64,000 nucleotides of DNA, taken from Oculina patagonica (lineage: Eukaryota). Position numbers and translations under genes: made by a program. The notes under the pieces are model-generated. The model had not been told where the DNA came from. It did no database searches and was given only the letters and a program-made list of their open reading frames with translations. Positions within the stretch are counted from its first letter, which is position 1. The number at the start of each line of letters is the position of its first letter. Shown here piece after piece: positions 13,466 through 27,140 of this stretch. Where the stretch lies: contig NC_135759.1 of NCBI RefSeq assembly GCF_052425735.1, positions 33,852,001 to 33,916,000 on the forward strand, in the 5' to 3' direction.

Positions 13466-14057
13466 CTCAAAATTGTTGAATAAACTGAAGAGCACATATT
13501 TATATATGCCTGAAAGTTTCAAATGGCAACTCAGTCTGTCAAAGCCTGAAGTTTTATACTACTCAAAATGTAGATAAATAATATTATTGGAATTTTTTAT
13601 ATTTGGAGGAAAACTAGACTATTTGTTCTCTATCTTTGGTGTGATAGTTGTCAGATTCTGCCTTCAGCCTTAACGAATATCACCCTTCAGAAATTTCAAG
13701 CTCATAATCTAACAATAATTATTAATGTTAAATAGTTAATACTTGTTTGACTGTTAAATTACAAACTCATACTTGATGCTAATCAAGAAATGCTAATAAA
13801 AATAAATAAATTCATGTAACCAGTAACTACACAGTTCCACCCTGAGCTATGCTCACTGACACATTTACCTTAATATAATAAAGTCAATATTATAATTTGT
13901 CTTGATATACCTGAGGAAAATAGCTAAGGAAAAATAAAATTGGTAGTTAATGCTTTTGGCGGTATTCATGAAAACTTCAAATTTAAATACCCCTAGGTCA
14001 GTTATTTCCTTATAAAAGTCTTGTTGGAGATTTTGTTTGTCACAACAACAGCCTTCC

Positions 14058-16601
14058 TCATCCAACAGTCCACTGCAGATAAAGAAAAACAAACATGTGA
14101 AAAAAATGTGTAACTTGTACACATATATACTAAATAGCTGAGATTCTCACGTTATTTTTCCTTGTGGAAAAAACTGTTCTTTATCAGAGTTTAGAAAACA
14201 CAAAAAACTATATCTCGATGGAAATACAAAACTAGCATGAGCTGTTAACATAATGATGGCACAATCAAAGAGAATTTAATTTTGATAATCAAAACAAACA
14301 TGTGATTTTCCTTTATTTTATTTGCAGTTTTTTTTTTAAAAAGAAACTGCAGAAAACATTTTCTCCATGTTTCTAAGGCTATAAAAACATGGGTTTCTTC
14401 TATAATTAATGTAGATTAACATGGAAAGCGTTTTCTATTTCTATATTGTAAATTGACATAAACTAATGTTTTGAATGCTTACTGCTTATCTTCATCAGAC
14501 AAAACGGTTGAAAGGTTTATGCATCACTATGTGTAATGCAATGTTCTGCAGTGATTAATGGATTTCATAAAAAAAGTTATTGTGATTTATATACCTTTAA
14601 TCCTCCTTCTGAAGGTCCCTGCTTTAAAGCTTCTTTCTCGGCATCCTCTCGTCGTTTCTGCTGTCTCTTAAGTCTCTCAGGATCCTTAACTCCACGACCT
14701 TCAGCCTGACAAAAACACAAGGGCCTCTTAGTCAAAGCGCGAAAGTTTATATGGTTACTATTTTTATACTTTTATGGTTACTTTTGTAAGCGGACAACTC
14801 TACTTATGGTCACTTTATTTGACAAAACCCAGACCTCTCAAGTCTCACGATTTTGCCGTGAGACTCACAACTTTTAGTTCAATCTCACGGTCTCACAACA
14901 AGACACAAAAATCTCACAATAAACAGAGTCACAAGCTATAAGGATACAATTTCTTGTATAATGTCATTTTTGGCTTACTAAGGCGATTGTCTTGCGCCAA
15001 TTCTGTGTAAATCCGTAGCCAGCAAAGGTATTTAATTAGTTTGTTCGCTAGACACACAATCGAAACCCATATATTAATATAGAAGACACAAGCCGTGAAA
15101 AGAACGTTAATTTTTGTGTTGCTAAAACAGGAAAAAAACTCCTTCTCTTGATTAGCACCTGGTTTTAGTTTTTTTTTTGTCCGTCAGTTGATTAATCTCC
15201 CGCTTTTTTTACCTCGATCTTCAGATTTCCGGTTCTTTGAGGTTGAGAGGTCTGAAAACCCGTTTGTTGAACTCACTTAGAAATTCTGTACAGTTGAACC
15301 TATCATAAGCTGACACCTTTGGACCTGAAAATAAAGTGTCCACTTTGGAGGGTGTGTGCTTATAAAGGTTAAAAATATAGGGTTTGCATGTGGCAGGGTG
15401 TAGGACCATGCTTTGTGTCCACTTATGGAAAGTGTCAACCTACAGGCTTAACATTTCCCATAATTGGCCATTTCCACAAGCAACTGTAGACACTGTCAAA
15501 AGTGTCGGCTTACGGGAGCTTCAACTGTATGTACATGTTGTACTTCATAGACAAAACAGTCGATTATAAGCTGACATACATTTAAACCAATATGTTGACC
15601 AACTATTGGCCGATTATCATACATTAACCTACATATTGGACAAGACTACTTAAGTAAACATGATCCAAAAATTTCCATGCTGAGCAAACAAGTTTCAAAT
15701 AACTGAAATCAGAAGTCTTACTTGCTGCTGTCGTTTCAGTGCAGCCTCCTCTTGTTGCCGCCTTCTAGCTTCCTATTAAAGATGCAAAAGTTTTAGCATT
15801 TTGATACCCCAAGTACAGGAAACAGGACTTTTTCATAGTTTTAGGAGTTTTACCATATGACATCCTCCAAACTCGCTCATCTTTTATTAAAAAATTTTCC
15901 TGTTACTGTACTAACCTTCAAATTTTCTGACTAGTTGTGTTACTTGTGAATGACATAAATGAATACATGAATCATATATAAACAATTAATAAACAGTCAG
16001 CGGCACTACAGAGTACATATACAATATACAATATAGCTACAAGAAATAGCCCAGCAAAAAGAAACACTACGTTAGAAATTTAGTTTTCCTGCTCTGCTCC
16101 CCCCCCCCCCCACTAGGTATGGCCCTGGGAGGGAGGGGTTACTTCGAAATCACACAGTCATTAAATTTCATTTTATACCAATCCCTGACAAAATGCATAC
16201 CAATCCCATGACAGCCATAAATCCCAGTTCATGTCTAGTTAAAAACAGGATCTGTTTTTCATGTTATTATTTGTATAGCATAAAATAACAGCCAGCTCAT
16301 TCCAGTTTTGTAGATTATATGTTTCATGAGAGAACAAAACTACTAATTAATTTTATACCAAACGTATGTCAAAACACGTACTTAATTTCCCTTTGCTCTT
16401 TTTGTTGTCAGTGTAAAATATTTGGCTTGGCTTGAATCGCAGAAATCCTGTAAGCTTGTTGTGAAATGAAAGTTTGGTTTTATTTCTAGCTATTTCTCAA
16501 GCTAAATGCATAGCTCTGCCTGGGAACTTTCAGCATTTACTCACCGGATCAGGAGTCTCAACTTCTGGTTGTGGGCTTAAGCAATCGAGGCAGTTCCCCA
16601 T
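14058..16601 (-). CDS. SVIP: Small VCP/p97-interacting protein, 77 aa
   Basis: Exons 16601-16545, 15772-15722, 14705-14595, 14072-14058 (phase 0, GT-AG) give MGNCLDCLSPQPEVETPDPEARRRQQEEAALKRQQQAEGRGVKDPERLKRQQKRREDAEKEALKQGPSEGGLKWTVG. Features: MGxC acylation start, VIM motif Rx5AAx2R, and C-terminal EGGLKWTV like vertebrate SVIP. Absent from the ORF track. Confidence 0.92.
14830..15254. mobile_element. Non-autonomous TIR element with 6-bp TSD in SVIP intron 2
   Basis: TIR CAGACCTCTCAA / TTGAGAGGTCTG; perfect direct repeat AAAACC at 14824-14829 and 15255-15260. Confidence 0.75.
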
Positions 16602-16790
16602 TACTTTTGTTTAAATTGCAAGTCCCTACATTTCAGAGAACAGTGTCGAGACAAGTGTCGAGGTGGTCGTCGAGGTGTCGAGAAGAGTTGACGGTCTTGC
16701 CTTTTTACCAGCGGAGGATCACAATAATAACTTCGTGTAAATCTAATGAAGTGTCTTTCAACCTAGGAGGGGAACGGTTGGACATAATAT

Positions 16791-17223
16791 CCCAGGGGGG
16801 GTACTCCGGCTTGTAAATGACGGGGATGATCGAAGGATTTTTTTGGGTTTGAAATTTTCGATTACGGGATTTTTTTGGGTTGGAAAATCTGGCAAGTATT
16901 TTTTTGGGTGACTTGATTAATATAGGGGATTTTTTTGGTTATTAAAAACGAACTAAAATGCCCTGGCACGGCCTTGGCGTTTTGATGGTATGATGAATAA
17001 ACAAACACGAGCGTTCAATTTTTATGGTTTTCTTTGCGTTAGATTACTGCCCCTCCTGGCAATTTAGGGGTAATTTGACAAGGGATTTTTTGGGGGGGTT
17101 ATTTTTTGGCAAGGGATTTTTTGGGTAATGTCGCAAGACTCAGGGATTTTTTTGGGTCCTGAGTTTTGCCTCCATTCGATCATCCCCGTCATTTACAAGC
17201 CGGAGTACCCCCCCCCCCCTGGG
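16791..17223. mobile_element. Young hAT-like MITE ~190 bp upstream of the SVIP ATG
   Basis: ~40-bp near-perfect TIR CCCAGGGG..GTACTCCGGCTTGTAAATGACGGGGATGATCGAA; perfect 8-bp TSD CATAATAT. Confidence 0.85.
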
Positions 17224-18492
17224 CATAATATACACCGCATTTATCTTTTTTTTTTTTTTTTTGGGGGGGGGGGTGCTTTTGTTATGTATCTTAAATATCT
17301 CTTGCATTTATTCTCATACATGTACGGTTTGAAATATGCACTCCTCCATTTTATGCCCCTTCCTGCGACCACCCTAGAAGCAGGGACTACATAGAGCTGT
17401 AAATACCCAGGGCTCCGGGGCCAAAGAAGGTCAGGCCCGAGGGCTCTAAGCCCCAAAACGACAAACGTTATCAGGACTCAACACTCCGCAGCAGTTATAT
17501 CAGGACTCCAAGTCACAAATTGACTGGGCTCCAGGGTCCATGGCAAAAACTTTTAGGTATTAAACAGGCTTTCGGTTTCATTTGGCAGGGTGGGAAACCT
17601 TGACCGATTTGTTTTTTTGGTGCATACAAGAATGCTACACAGTTAAACTCTCAAAACATAACAATATGAAACCCAACGCAAAAAACAACAACAAACAAGT
17701 GCTATAATATATTAAAGCCCATGAGCTTATATTTGGGAGTGCTTATATTCGGATGGATTTTTGCGTCTGAGATTTGAGGAGGGCTTCAGTGTTTTCGGGG
17801 AGGGGGAGGGGGACCGACTTATTTTCAAAATTTTAGGTTAATGTAGTTCTACCCAAAGAAAAATTTTCACTCAGACAGTAAACCAGATGTTAAAAGATTT
17901 TAATTAGACAATTAAGTGACAACACTTTACAATAACATTTCTACAAATAGAGTGACCTTCCCTCAACAGACACCTTATCAAATTGGAAAAACAGTCAGTC
18001 AGCAAAATACATTTCAATTAAATAAACCCTCAAGGCAGACATTAGGGTGTCAAGGCGGGCAGAAACCTGTCGAAGGCAGAAACCTTTTGGAGGTGACACC
18101 CCTCAAATACTAGGATGGTCTCTCAAAGACAATTCACAGAAGGACTAGTCCAAGGTGTCTGCATTGGAGGGAGTTCACTACATACACTGTACACTCCATT
18201 CCATTTGTGACAGCCAAGTACCTTGGTTTCTTATCATCTTGATGAAATCAAAGTTAGGAAGCAAAACCAAGGCACTAAGCTTATGAACACTACCAAAACT
18301 TAGGTTAGGCTGGAGCTGAAAGAAATGAATCATCAACCATTTTACTGAATTTACAATGACCCACTTAGCATTTGGTTTTAAATTACCGGTAAACAAATTT
18401 TAGCCAGAAATGATTAACCATCTCAAAACAATCCTTTTAGATAGATACAATGTACCTATTAATAAACTTAGTGCTAATATGCTACAATAATA

Positions 18493-19125
18493 CAGTCCGA
18501 CCTCTATTAAGCGGCCACCCTCGGGACTTCGAAAAGTGGCCGCTTAATAGAGGTTGGCCCAATAGAGGTACAATATAAATTGGAAAGGAATGGCCGTAAA
18601 CATGGTTTTATTCACTCTATATAGCAAAATGTTTTAAAAAGTGAATATATTTAAGAATAAATCCAAAATTCATTGTAACAAAACAACAAGTGCATTTTCA
18701 CCCCATAGCTCTGACACAGAGGGCACGGCGGTTGAAATTTACAGTATTTCTTCGGGTTGATAATGATGTATAATGTATAGAAAAATATGCAAAACATTGT
18801 TGACAAAATTCTTCAGCCTTTGCTTCAACAGTTAGTATGTAAAAACAACAAAAAAATTAGCTCAAGATATTTCACGGACAATATTTATCATATATCACCA
18901 TTTCGTTGGAAAGATATTTTGCTGGCCGCTTAATGGAGGTAAAAAACCATATAAATAATACACTTGCGACAGCAAAAAGGTGGCCGCGGCTGCTTACTAG
19001 AGGTGGCCGTTGAATAGAGGTATCAAATACAGCAGTTAAGTGACAAATAAATCGGGACTTTGGAAAGTGGCCGCTTAATGGAGGGTGGCCGCTTAATAGG
19101 TGGCCGCTTAATAGAGGTCGGACTG
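18493..19125. mobile_element. Tc1/mariner-pogo type MITE
   Basis: TA|CAGTCCGACCTCTATTAAGCGGCCACC ... GGTGGCCGCTTAATAGAGGTCGGACTG|TA; repeated GGCCGCTTAAT subterminal motifs. Confidence 0.85.
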
Positions 19126-21072
19126 TATATCATATTGCATGTGAAACAAAATTATTATGTTTTCAACATGCACTTTAAATCTGCATTCCCAACATAAAAT
19201 TACATGATTTGAAAAAAAAATAAGATATGGAGTCAGCATACCAATATGGAAGTCATGTAAAAATTCCATCTTTGCTGGGCGAGAACAATTCAATATAAGG
19301 TTTATCTGAATAAAGGGCACCAGTCAAATTTGTAACTAAAGACAAATCATTTTATGGGTGTTCATAACATTGTGGTTTTATTCAATATATAGTGGACAAG
19401 CATTGCTGGAAGTTTAAAAGGTAAATGTTAAAATAAACAATTTTTTCCATTCTAACAGAACATCTTTGGATTTTAAAAATATTCCATTTATTCTACTTTT
19501 GCCAAACACTAAGTTAAACATTGTTCACACTACAAATAGATTTACATTGCACTAAAATTGAACCCAATATGCAGATAGCTCTTTGCATTATACAATAATA
19601 ATTATTGAGTTATCTACACCTTGTACATCTGTCGGTATTACAAATTCCCACTCCCCTGTGAAGTAAACTTGTTTGTTAAAATTAAGGATATGAGATCAAC
19701 ACTTGTTCAAGGCAGTGCTACTTAACATGGTTTGACGTTGTTTGGTGCATGCATGTCACATACTGTTTAAGATTACTGATTTTAAAATTTACATGATGGA
19801 ACCACAAGTAAGAGCCTGTGTGCTGCAAATATAATAGGCATTTAGTTTATTCTAATCATATATGTGGTAAATTAGTATGAAGAGTATACAAGTTAGCAAA
19901 ACATTCAGGAAAACAGTGAAACTTGATTTAAAAGATGATTTATTTTGACAATTAAACAATAAATAAGACAAAAATGATCAAGGGCTGTGACGTATAAGGA
20001 TTCTGGAGATTTGAAGCTTTTTTGCACAGCTGAGGTTCCCTAAAACTAAACATTCAAAAAGTTTTCATAATTTCACTCATTTTTTCCCCTTTGTTGATAT
20101 TTCCATTAATGATTTAAACTACATTCCCTAAGAAATGGCCTGTTTTTGAAGAACATGAGTTTTGTGGAATTATCTTCAAAGCTTTCTCTTCTAATAATTC
20201 ATTTCATTTCTTTCTTTTACACCTTTCTTTTTGAAACAGTTAAGTGTTTTTTTGCTTATTATTAATAAATTCTAAAAAGAATTACCTGTGCATAACATAG
20301 GCAATTACAATCATTATTTTTTTTATTATTGCCTGAAAGATCTTTTCAAACTCTTTCCTTTTTTCCACATTTGAAGAGCCAATTTTTGGTTCACTGAGAG
20401 TATTTCACATTGATTTAAACTGCACACACAACTGAAGTGACTTAGTAAATCCTGTTCCTTTCAAAAAGTCAATATTTTGGACTGCATCTTTCTCAGTATG
20501 AGAGGAAATTTATATACTCGATCATCTCTCGTTCTACAAACCAACTCCCCCAAAACAAAAACAAAACAATAAATTGGAATAAATAGCTGGTTAGTGAGAT
20601 AAGACCTTGCCTTGATGTGTTGTTCCCATTTGTCAACAAAACATTAACTTGTATGTACTTTAATATACTGTTAATTAAAATGACAAATTCTCCTAGTTGT
20701 AAACTGCTAAGGCTTTGGCAATCTTCAACTGGACCCACTGTAACGATTCTGCAGAAAAAGAACGAAAAGGTTCTAAGAAACCTCTTTTTACTAAATAAAT
20801 TCAATTCAAGATACCCCTTCCAGGGATCATACCTATTTTGTGTACACATTAAAAAAAACAACCAAGGCATTTTTCAAACCATTCTCTCTCATTTAATTTT
20901 TCCAGAGTCAACAATAAGATGGCTGACATTTACAGCTTGGTTCAGATGTTAAATTTCTTTGAACAATGGTTTAACAAACTGTAATGAAGTCTCATTTGTA
21001 TGCAGTGACTTAATTAAACACCCATACATTCTAGTCAGTCTCCATAATTGAACAATGTAATAATAAAGACAA

Positions 21073-21336
21073 GGGGTGGGGCGCAGTGGTGAGAGCGCTC
21101 CCCTCCCACCATGTGGCCCGGATTCGATCGCCTGGTGCCATATGTGGGTTGAGTTTGTTGTTGGTTCTCGTTCCTGCTCTAAGTGTTTTTCTCCGGGTTC
21201 TCCGGTTTTCCTCCCTCCACAAAAACCAACACTCCAAATGCCAATTCGATCTTGGATGCACGTACACGTCTTTACGAGCTCCTGAGCTCTTCCGTGTCAC
21301 GTGGGTAAACAAAATACATTTACATTTACATTTACC
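21073..21336 (+). mobile_element. tRNA-derived SINE with V-domain-like core
   Basis: A/B-box head (GGCGCAGTGG...GGATTCGATC), core TTTTCTCCGGGTTCTCCGGTTTTCCTCCC, (CATTTA)n tail; similar copies at 40651-40915 and 55694-55976. Confidence 0.8.
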
Positions 21337-21510
21337 TGTAACGTTCCTATAACCCCTGAAGCCATACTTGACAACTGTAACCAAAAATAATGATAAGCAT
21401 GAGTAAACATAAACTCACATTTTAATTTTGTAGTTAGTTGATGGCCACTTAACTGCTATCTGCCATGTTTGAAATTACAAGTGATATACTGTTAACCAAT
21501 CAAAAATGAG

Positions 21511-24500
21511 TCAGGTTCTGCCTTGACTTGGCCTTGGATTTGACTACACAGAAAAATAATTATTTACGTTAAGGAGGTAAGGTGGACTGATCCTTGATTA
21601 GAAAATACCTTGTGAGTATGTACATGCTAAAAGTCTGTTTCCATAGCTTTAACTTCATAGATTACTTTTGTTTTTTAAGGCTTTGATTGGTTTGTTTGTT
21701 GGGTTTTTTTTTTTTTTTTTTTTATAAAATTTTTTTTTTTTTTTTTCTTGGGGAAATATTTTTGCTTTCTCCCCTGGGGCCGCCTTTTTTTATTACTCCT
21801 TNNNNNNNNNNNNNNNNNNNNNNNNNNNNNNNNNNNNNNNNNNNNNNNNNNNNNNNNNNNNNNNNNNNNNNNNNNNNNNNNNNNNNNNNNNNNNNNNNNN
21901 NNNNNNNNNNNNNNNNNNNNNNNNNNNNNNNNNNNNNNNNNNNNNNNNNNNNNNNNNNNNNNNNNNNNNNNNNNNNNNNNNNNNNNNNNNNNNNNNNGGG
22001 CTCCCCCCCAAATATTTTTTATTATTTAATAGAATTTGCTATATATGTTGATGCTTAATTTGATAATGATATATCTTTCAATGGCTTTTCTCATTGTCCC
22101 ATTTATGTTTTAACTATAACACAGAAAATCAAACGAAAAGACCAATTCTGACCTTTCCAGTCATTCTAGCCATTCCTTCTTTAAGTTGTGAGAGATCTGC
22201 TGATGAAAAACTACCAGAAGCACCTAAAGAAAATACAGATGTAATGTAAATATATTATTAACCATTCACTCTTTCTGAACATTACAGTAGTTCTTCATTG
22301 TCTTCAGTAAACATGCTTGAAGTTAATATACTGAAATAAATTCTGCCAAATAGTAATTTGTTTTATTTTGTCACATAAATGCATTACCGGTAATAGTGTA
22401 CGTCATTAGAGATTTCTTACCTGACCGGGAAGGTCTATCATCATCATTGCCAAAGAGGTCTGCACTAGAAAGACTGTTAGATCCTTGAAAGCGATCCAGC
22501 CGAGACTTGATGGCATACTCCTCCTAACATAACAAAAAATACAATGTCAGTCAAGTGTTTTATGGCACTGTAGTTGTAATCTGTAAGTCCCAGGTTCAAG
22601 CCCTTTATCCTGCCACTAGCTGGGAACATTAATTTTATTCTTCTAATTCAGTTTCTAAGTTCAACTCCTTAGCCAAGCCACATCATGTTGCTTATTACTA
22701 ACTGGTCAGCCTTTTGCTGGTTGGGTTTCTTATCTATGCGAGGTTTGTTTGAAATATTGCTTCACATGCCACACCAGTCACTCAGCTGTAATTACTCAAG
22801 TGTTTTTTTTAAACTATGGTAAAACCCTTAAAGTGGGAAGACCACATTCAGTACTTAGTTTACTATACCTGATCTTGATTTCCATAAAACTGAGCTGAGG
22901 AAATACTCTTGGCATTTCCAAACTTTTTTTGAGCTTCACCTGCACAAAAAGGCACATGTTTGTAACTTAGAGAGAATTGGTGTTGTTGTGACATCCTTAA
23001 AAATTTATGAAAATAAGCCCTCCCACACCAAAAAAACAAGCCGACAAATTAAGCCCCCCAGAATCTCAGTTGCAAAATCCTTCCAATATAAAACAGACTT
23101 TGCAAGCCACCCAAATATAAGCCCATGGATGTATTTTTAGATTTACCCCTTAAAGGACTATACCACCTTTGTATTTTATGATGTTAAGTTGCTCTCAGAG
23201 ACTTGAAATGCTCAATTAAGATCTTTGGAACTTGTTTCAAGTTTTACTGTCTATAAGCAGTTTTATGACTTGCAAACACTGAGTTTTTCAGAAGCAACAC
23301 TCTTTCCAAAAATAAAGTAAAACAGCCCAGGTTTTATTGCCTCAATTTTTCTACGGTCTGATCATAGATTAGTAATCAAAAGAAAAGCTGAAGAACAAAT
23401 TTATCTTTTACCTGAAGATGACAAATCTACAGGTTCTGGTTCTCTTCTTCTGTCAAACCTTAAAACAGAAAAAAAAAAACAGTGAAGCTTAATTATAATA
23501 GCAACTTGGTGCAAGTATGACAAGAAATGGCAATTTTAAATGTGGGCAGCACATGCATAGAACTCAGAAATGTTAAAGGAAAGCACCATGGTGTAGTGGT
23601 TGGTGCATCGTACTCTGGCTTAAGAGGTCTTTAGGCCTGGCTAAACTAGGAAACATTGTGTGGTTCCAGAAAATATCCATACCCACCACACAAAGGGATT
23701 TGCCCTATGACCCCCCCCCCCCCTCTGGAAATTCCAATTTAGCTTTATACATTGCCTTAAAGTTTTGGGTCTTTGTGTAAAAAGATTAATATTTGGAAGA
23801 AGAAAAAAAACAAGGAAAAGGAAACTGGAAAGGAAAAGTGGTTCTACAGTAATGGACAACACCAATAGCACCAAAAAAATTTTTTTTTACCTGTCTTCAC
23901 GGCTGGATCGCCTTTCATTAGAGAAAGATGAGCTTATTTCATCCCTACACAGCAAAATATAAAAGATTGGTTATAAAAGTGGTCCAAATATTTAAACCCT
24001 ATTCAATAACAAACAACTCTAATGATCACAGACAAAACAGTTTTATTAATCTATTGTACATTTGCAATTAATTTCCATTTCGCCAAACTCTAAACTAAGG
24101 TAAAGGTAGTTAAAAGTCTTTATGGGGCCAAGTGGCACAATTCTTGCCAGAGCTAGTTTCCTGGTTCCTGGAGCATTACACAACTAGAAGTATTTAGTAA
24201 GATTGTTGTTTTTTATGTATGTTTTTAGAAAAAAGTGGGTAAAATGTTATGTAAATGGTTGGAAAGGAAAGGGGGAGGGTAAAAAAAGAAAAAAAAAATA
24301 GAAGTATTTCTATTCCCCCCCACCCCACCCCCCTAAATGGGATACTAGTCCACTACAGGGTTGCTCCCCAGCATTTTAGTTCAGTACCCATTTATACACA
24401 TGGGTGGACAAACCCGAAAATCTCTCAATCATTTCTTATACAAAATCTCAATGCTATACCTATCTCTATCTCTGTCCCAGGAGCTTGATCCAAATGGACT

Positions 24501-26005
24501 ATCATACCTACACAGAATTAAAAAGAAAAACGCAATCAAACAATCATGAAGAGGAAACAAATCATCTTGATTTTGTTTTTCACAGGAATACTCAGTCGGG
24601 GAAACAAGTGCCAGTAAATGGCGACATCACTTCTTCGAGAAGTACAAAATAATGTAACTGAACATGTGGTTTTCGTCCCAGAAGTTGCTAAGCAACATTA
24701 CACACATTCCCAATTGTGTTCGGAGTACTCGTAAGCATTCACACTAATGTTAGATTGGTTGACATAATTCAGATATTCTTCGAGTGCTTCAACAAAGATT
24801 TGTCAAAACCGGCTCTTATTCCCCCAACTGTACTTATCACTAGACATTTGGCCTTGTAACTGATAGGTTGCAAGTGAGGGCAATTCATGATAAACGTTAT
24901 AGTATGAATACTTACATGGGAGGTGGTTCAGTAAAACTTGTCCCATCCATTCCATAGCTGAAAAGAAAAAAATACACAAAGCCTAAGATTAGTATGGATG
25001 AATCTGAATGTTGAGCACTCCTATATGCTTGTGCTATTACTGACCAGTGTGAGCTCTGTGGTACCTTAAGTACCTCTAAACAAAATAAATGTGTGGAAAT
25101 GCCGCTGTTGGCAGACAAAACAGTTTTTTTATTGCATGCATACAGCAACTGAAAGATTTCATTTTATTTCTGACCTGTCATTACCTGTCAAAAAAATCCA
25201 TATTGGAGTTTGAGGACACTCTGAGCTTGTCAGCCAAAGTTGGCTGTGTCTTTGTAGGCCTCAATTGTTCAACGGTCTCCATGGAAGCTGATGCAGAGTG
25301 ACCTCTGCCAGAAGGGTTTGAGGTCCCCTTCCTGCTGGCCCCACCAAAACCCATTCCCAGACGCTCCAGCTGCGCAGCCTTTTTGGGATCAGAGTGTCGC
25401 AGCTTCTCCTCTTCTTTCTTGAAGGTGGCTGGGTTGTATGCAAGGTTGGGAGAAATGAGTTCTGCTTCAGCTTCTTTGGCATTCATAAGCGCTGCCTTTT
25501 CCCTGTCTTTGTCCTGCTGTTGGGCTTTTGACTCCAGCTCAGTAAAGTTTGTATTTACCTTGAGAGCAAATTCAGGATGTTTTAGTTCAGGCCCTAGTTG
25601 CTCAAAAGCGGATAACACTATCCACCAGATAAATCACTAACCGGCAGATAGCGAAGTACTAGGTTTTGTACGATAGTTATCCACTGGATGGCGATTTATC
25701 TGGTGGATAGCATTATCCACCCGTTGAACAACTGGCGCCAGGAAAAGAAGGGCATTGCGACTTGCTTCAGATTTTAAAAGTCATACAAAGAAATCCATAT
25801 AGAAAATTAACATTTTGAAACACACCTTGGTTGCTCCCAGTCCACCTTTCTTTGCTCCAAGCTACAAAACAGAAAAAAATTGGTGTCAGAGCAACAAGTA
25901 ATGTTTTTCCGTATGTACACAATTAAATTGTAACTACAGGCTATTTAAAAAACTAAGAAAAAATCCATGTACACTGTATAAATATCTTAAAACATTATTA
26001 TTATA

Positions 26006-26041
<36 letters not shown>

Positions 26042-27106
26042 TATTATTATTATTAAAAATACACTTTACTGGTAATTAAGTTTCCAAGAGGACTCAGATT
26101 AATTTGAAAAGGTGAGATAACAGTAGTAAACATTTAACACATTAGATGTCAGGGCCATAACTAGCAACAGGCAAGACAAGGCACTTGCCTTGTTTAGATT
26201 TTAACCCAAAATGAAAAACAAAATATGTTTAGCTGGGGAAAATAATCCCCAGTTGAATGGGATTTATTTGTCTCAAGAAATACCTCAAGAAAAATGTTGA
26301 AAAAAAAGTTTCAGAACTTCTAGATTTCTGGGGGCATGACCCAAGACTCCCTTAGCAAGATCTTGCCTCGTCTATGCCTTAAGCCTGGTTACGGCCCTGC
26401 ATGTACATGGACAACAAGTAGCATGTTTAACCTACATCAATAATGATCACTCTTTTAACTCGGATACTCTTTAAGAGACTACAGCCAACCCACATTATAA
26501 ATTATTATTTATAACTAAAATGATAAAAAATGAAGAAAACTCACCCCTTTCTTCTTAGCAGCAGCAGGCTTTCTCGTTCCTATTGTGGGTACACGGACCT
26601 CTGAAAGAGAACAATATGTTAACTACCGGCGCGGAGGGGGGAGGGGACGACGCCAGCCACAGAGAAGGGAAGGAGAGTGAAGACGGAAAGGGAAGGGGAC
26701 CACCGGACGACCGGAGGGAGGGCGAAGGCGCCCACCGGAGACCAGGACGGAACCCGAAGCGGCGGCACGGCACGCAGAGCAAGCGACGGTACATTGTACC
26801 TTTTTGAGTTAGCAGCAAAGGGGTGTGATTTTCATTTTGGCAAATCAAGGAAGTCATATAGTGAAACCAGAATAATCTCCTACAACCCTTTTTACGCAAG
26901 GCTATTTTCACGTCATTGTCCAGCTACATCCATCACCTACGGGAGCTACCTACATGTACAAGCCATTATTTCAGCTACCTGCATTAATAACAAAATCTGT
27001 TATAATGCATCACAAGAACAAGGCACCTCACCATCATGTACATGTTCTTGTACAAGGGAAAACACTGACTTAAACAATAATGTGCCAATGCATCGGTATC
27101 GGTACC

Positions 27107-27140
<34 letters not shown>

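Noticed and set aside
13484-13520. CTGAAGA...GAAA hammerhead-like motif (also degraded ones at ~14465-14500 and ~37975-37995)
   Set aside because: Stems I and III cannot be formed or core nucleotides are mutated; no intact ribozyme is supportable.
21031-21384. Recurrent ORFs such as MVRALASHQCGPG / WREENRRTRRKTL, also at ~40.7 kb and ~55.7 kb
   Set aside because: Translations of SINE copies, not a protein family.
26555-27135. ORFs spanning the GC-rich island
   Set aside because: Open only because of the skewed composition; intronic to ARFGAP and without homology cues.
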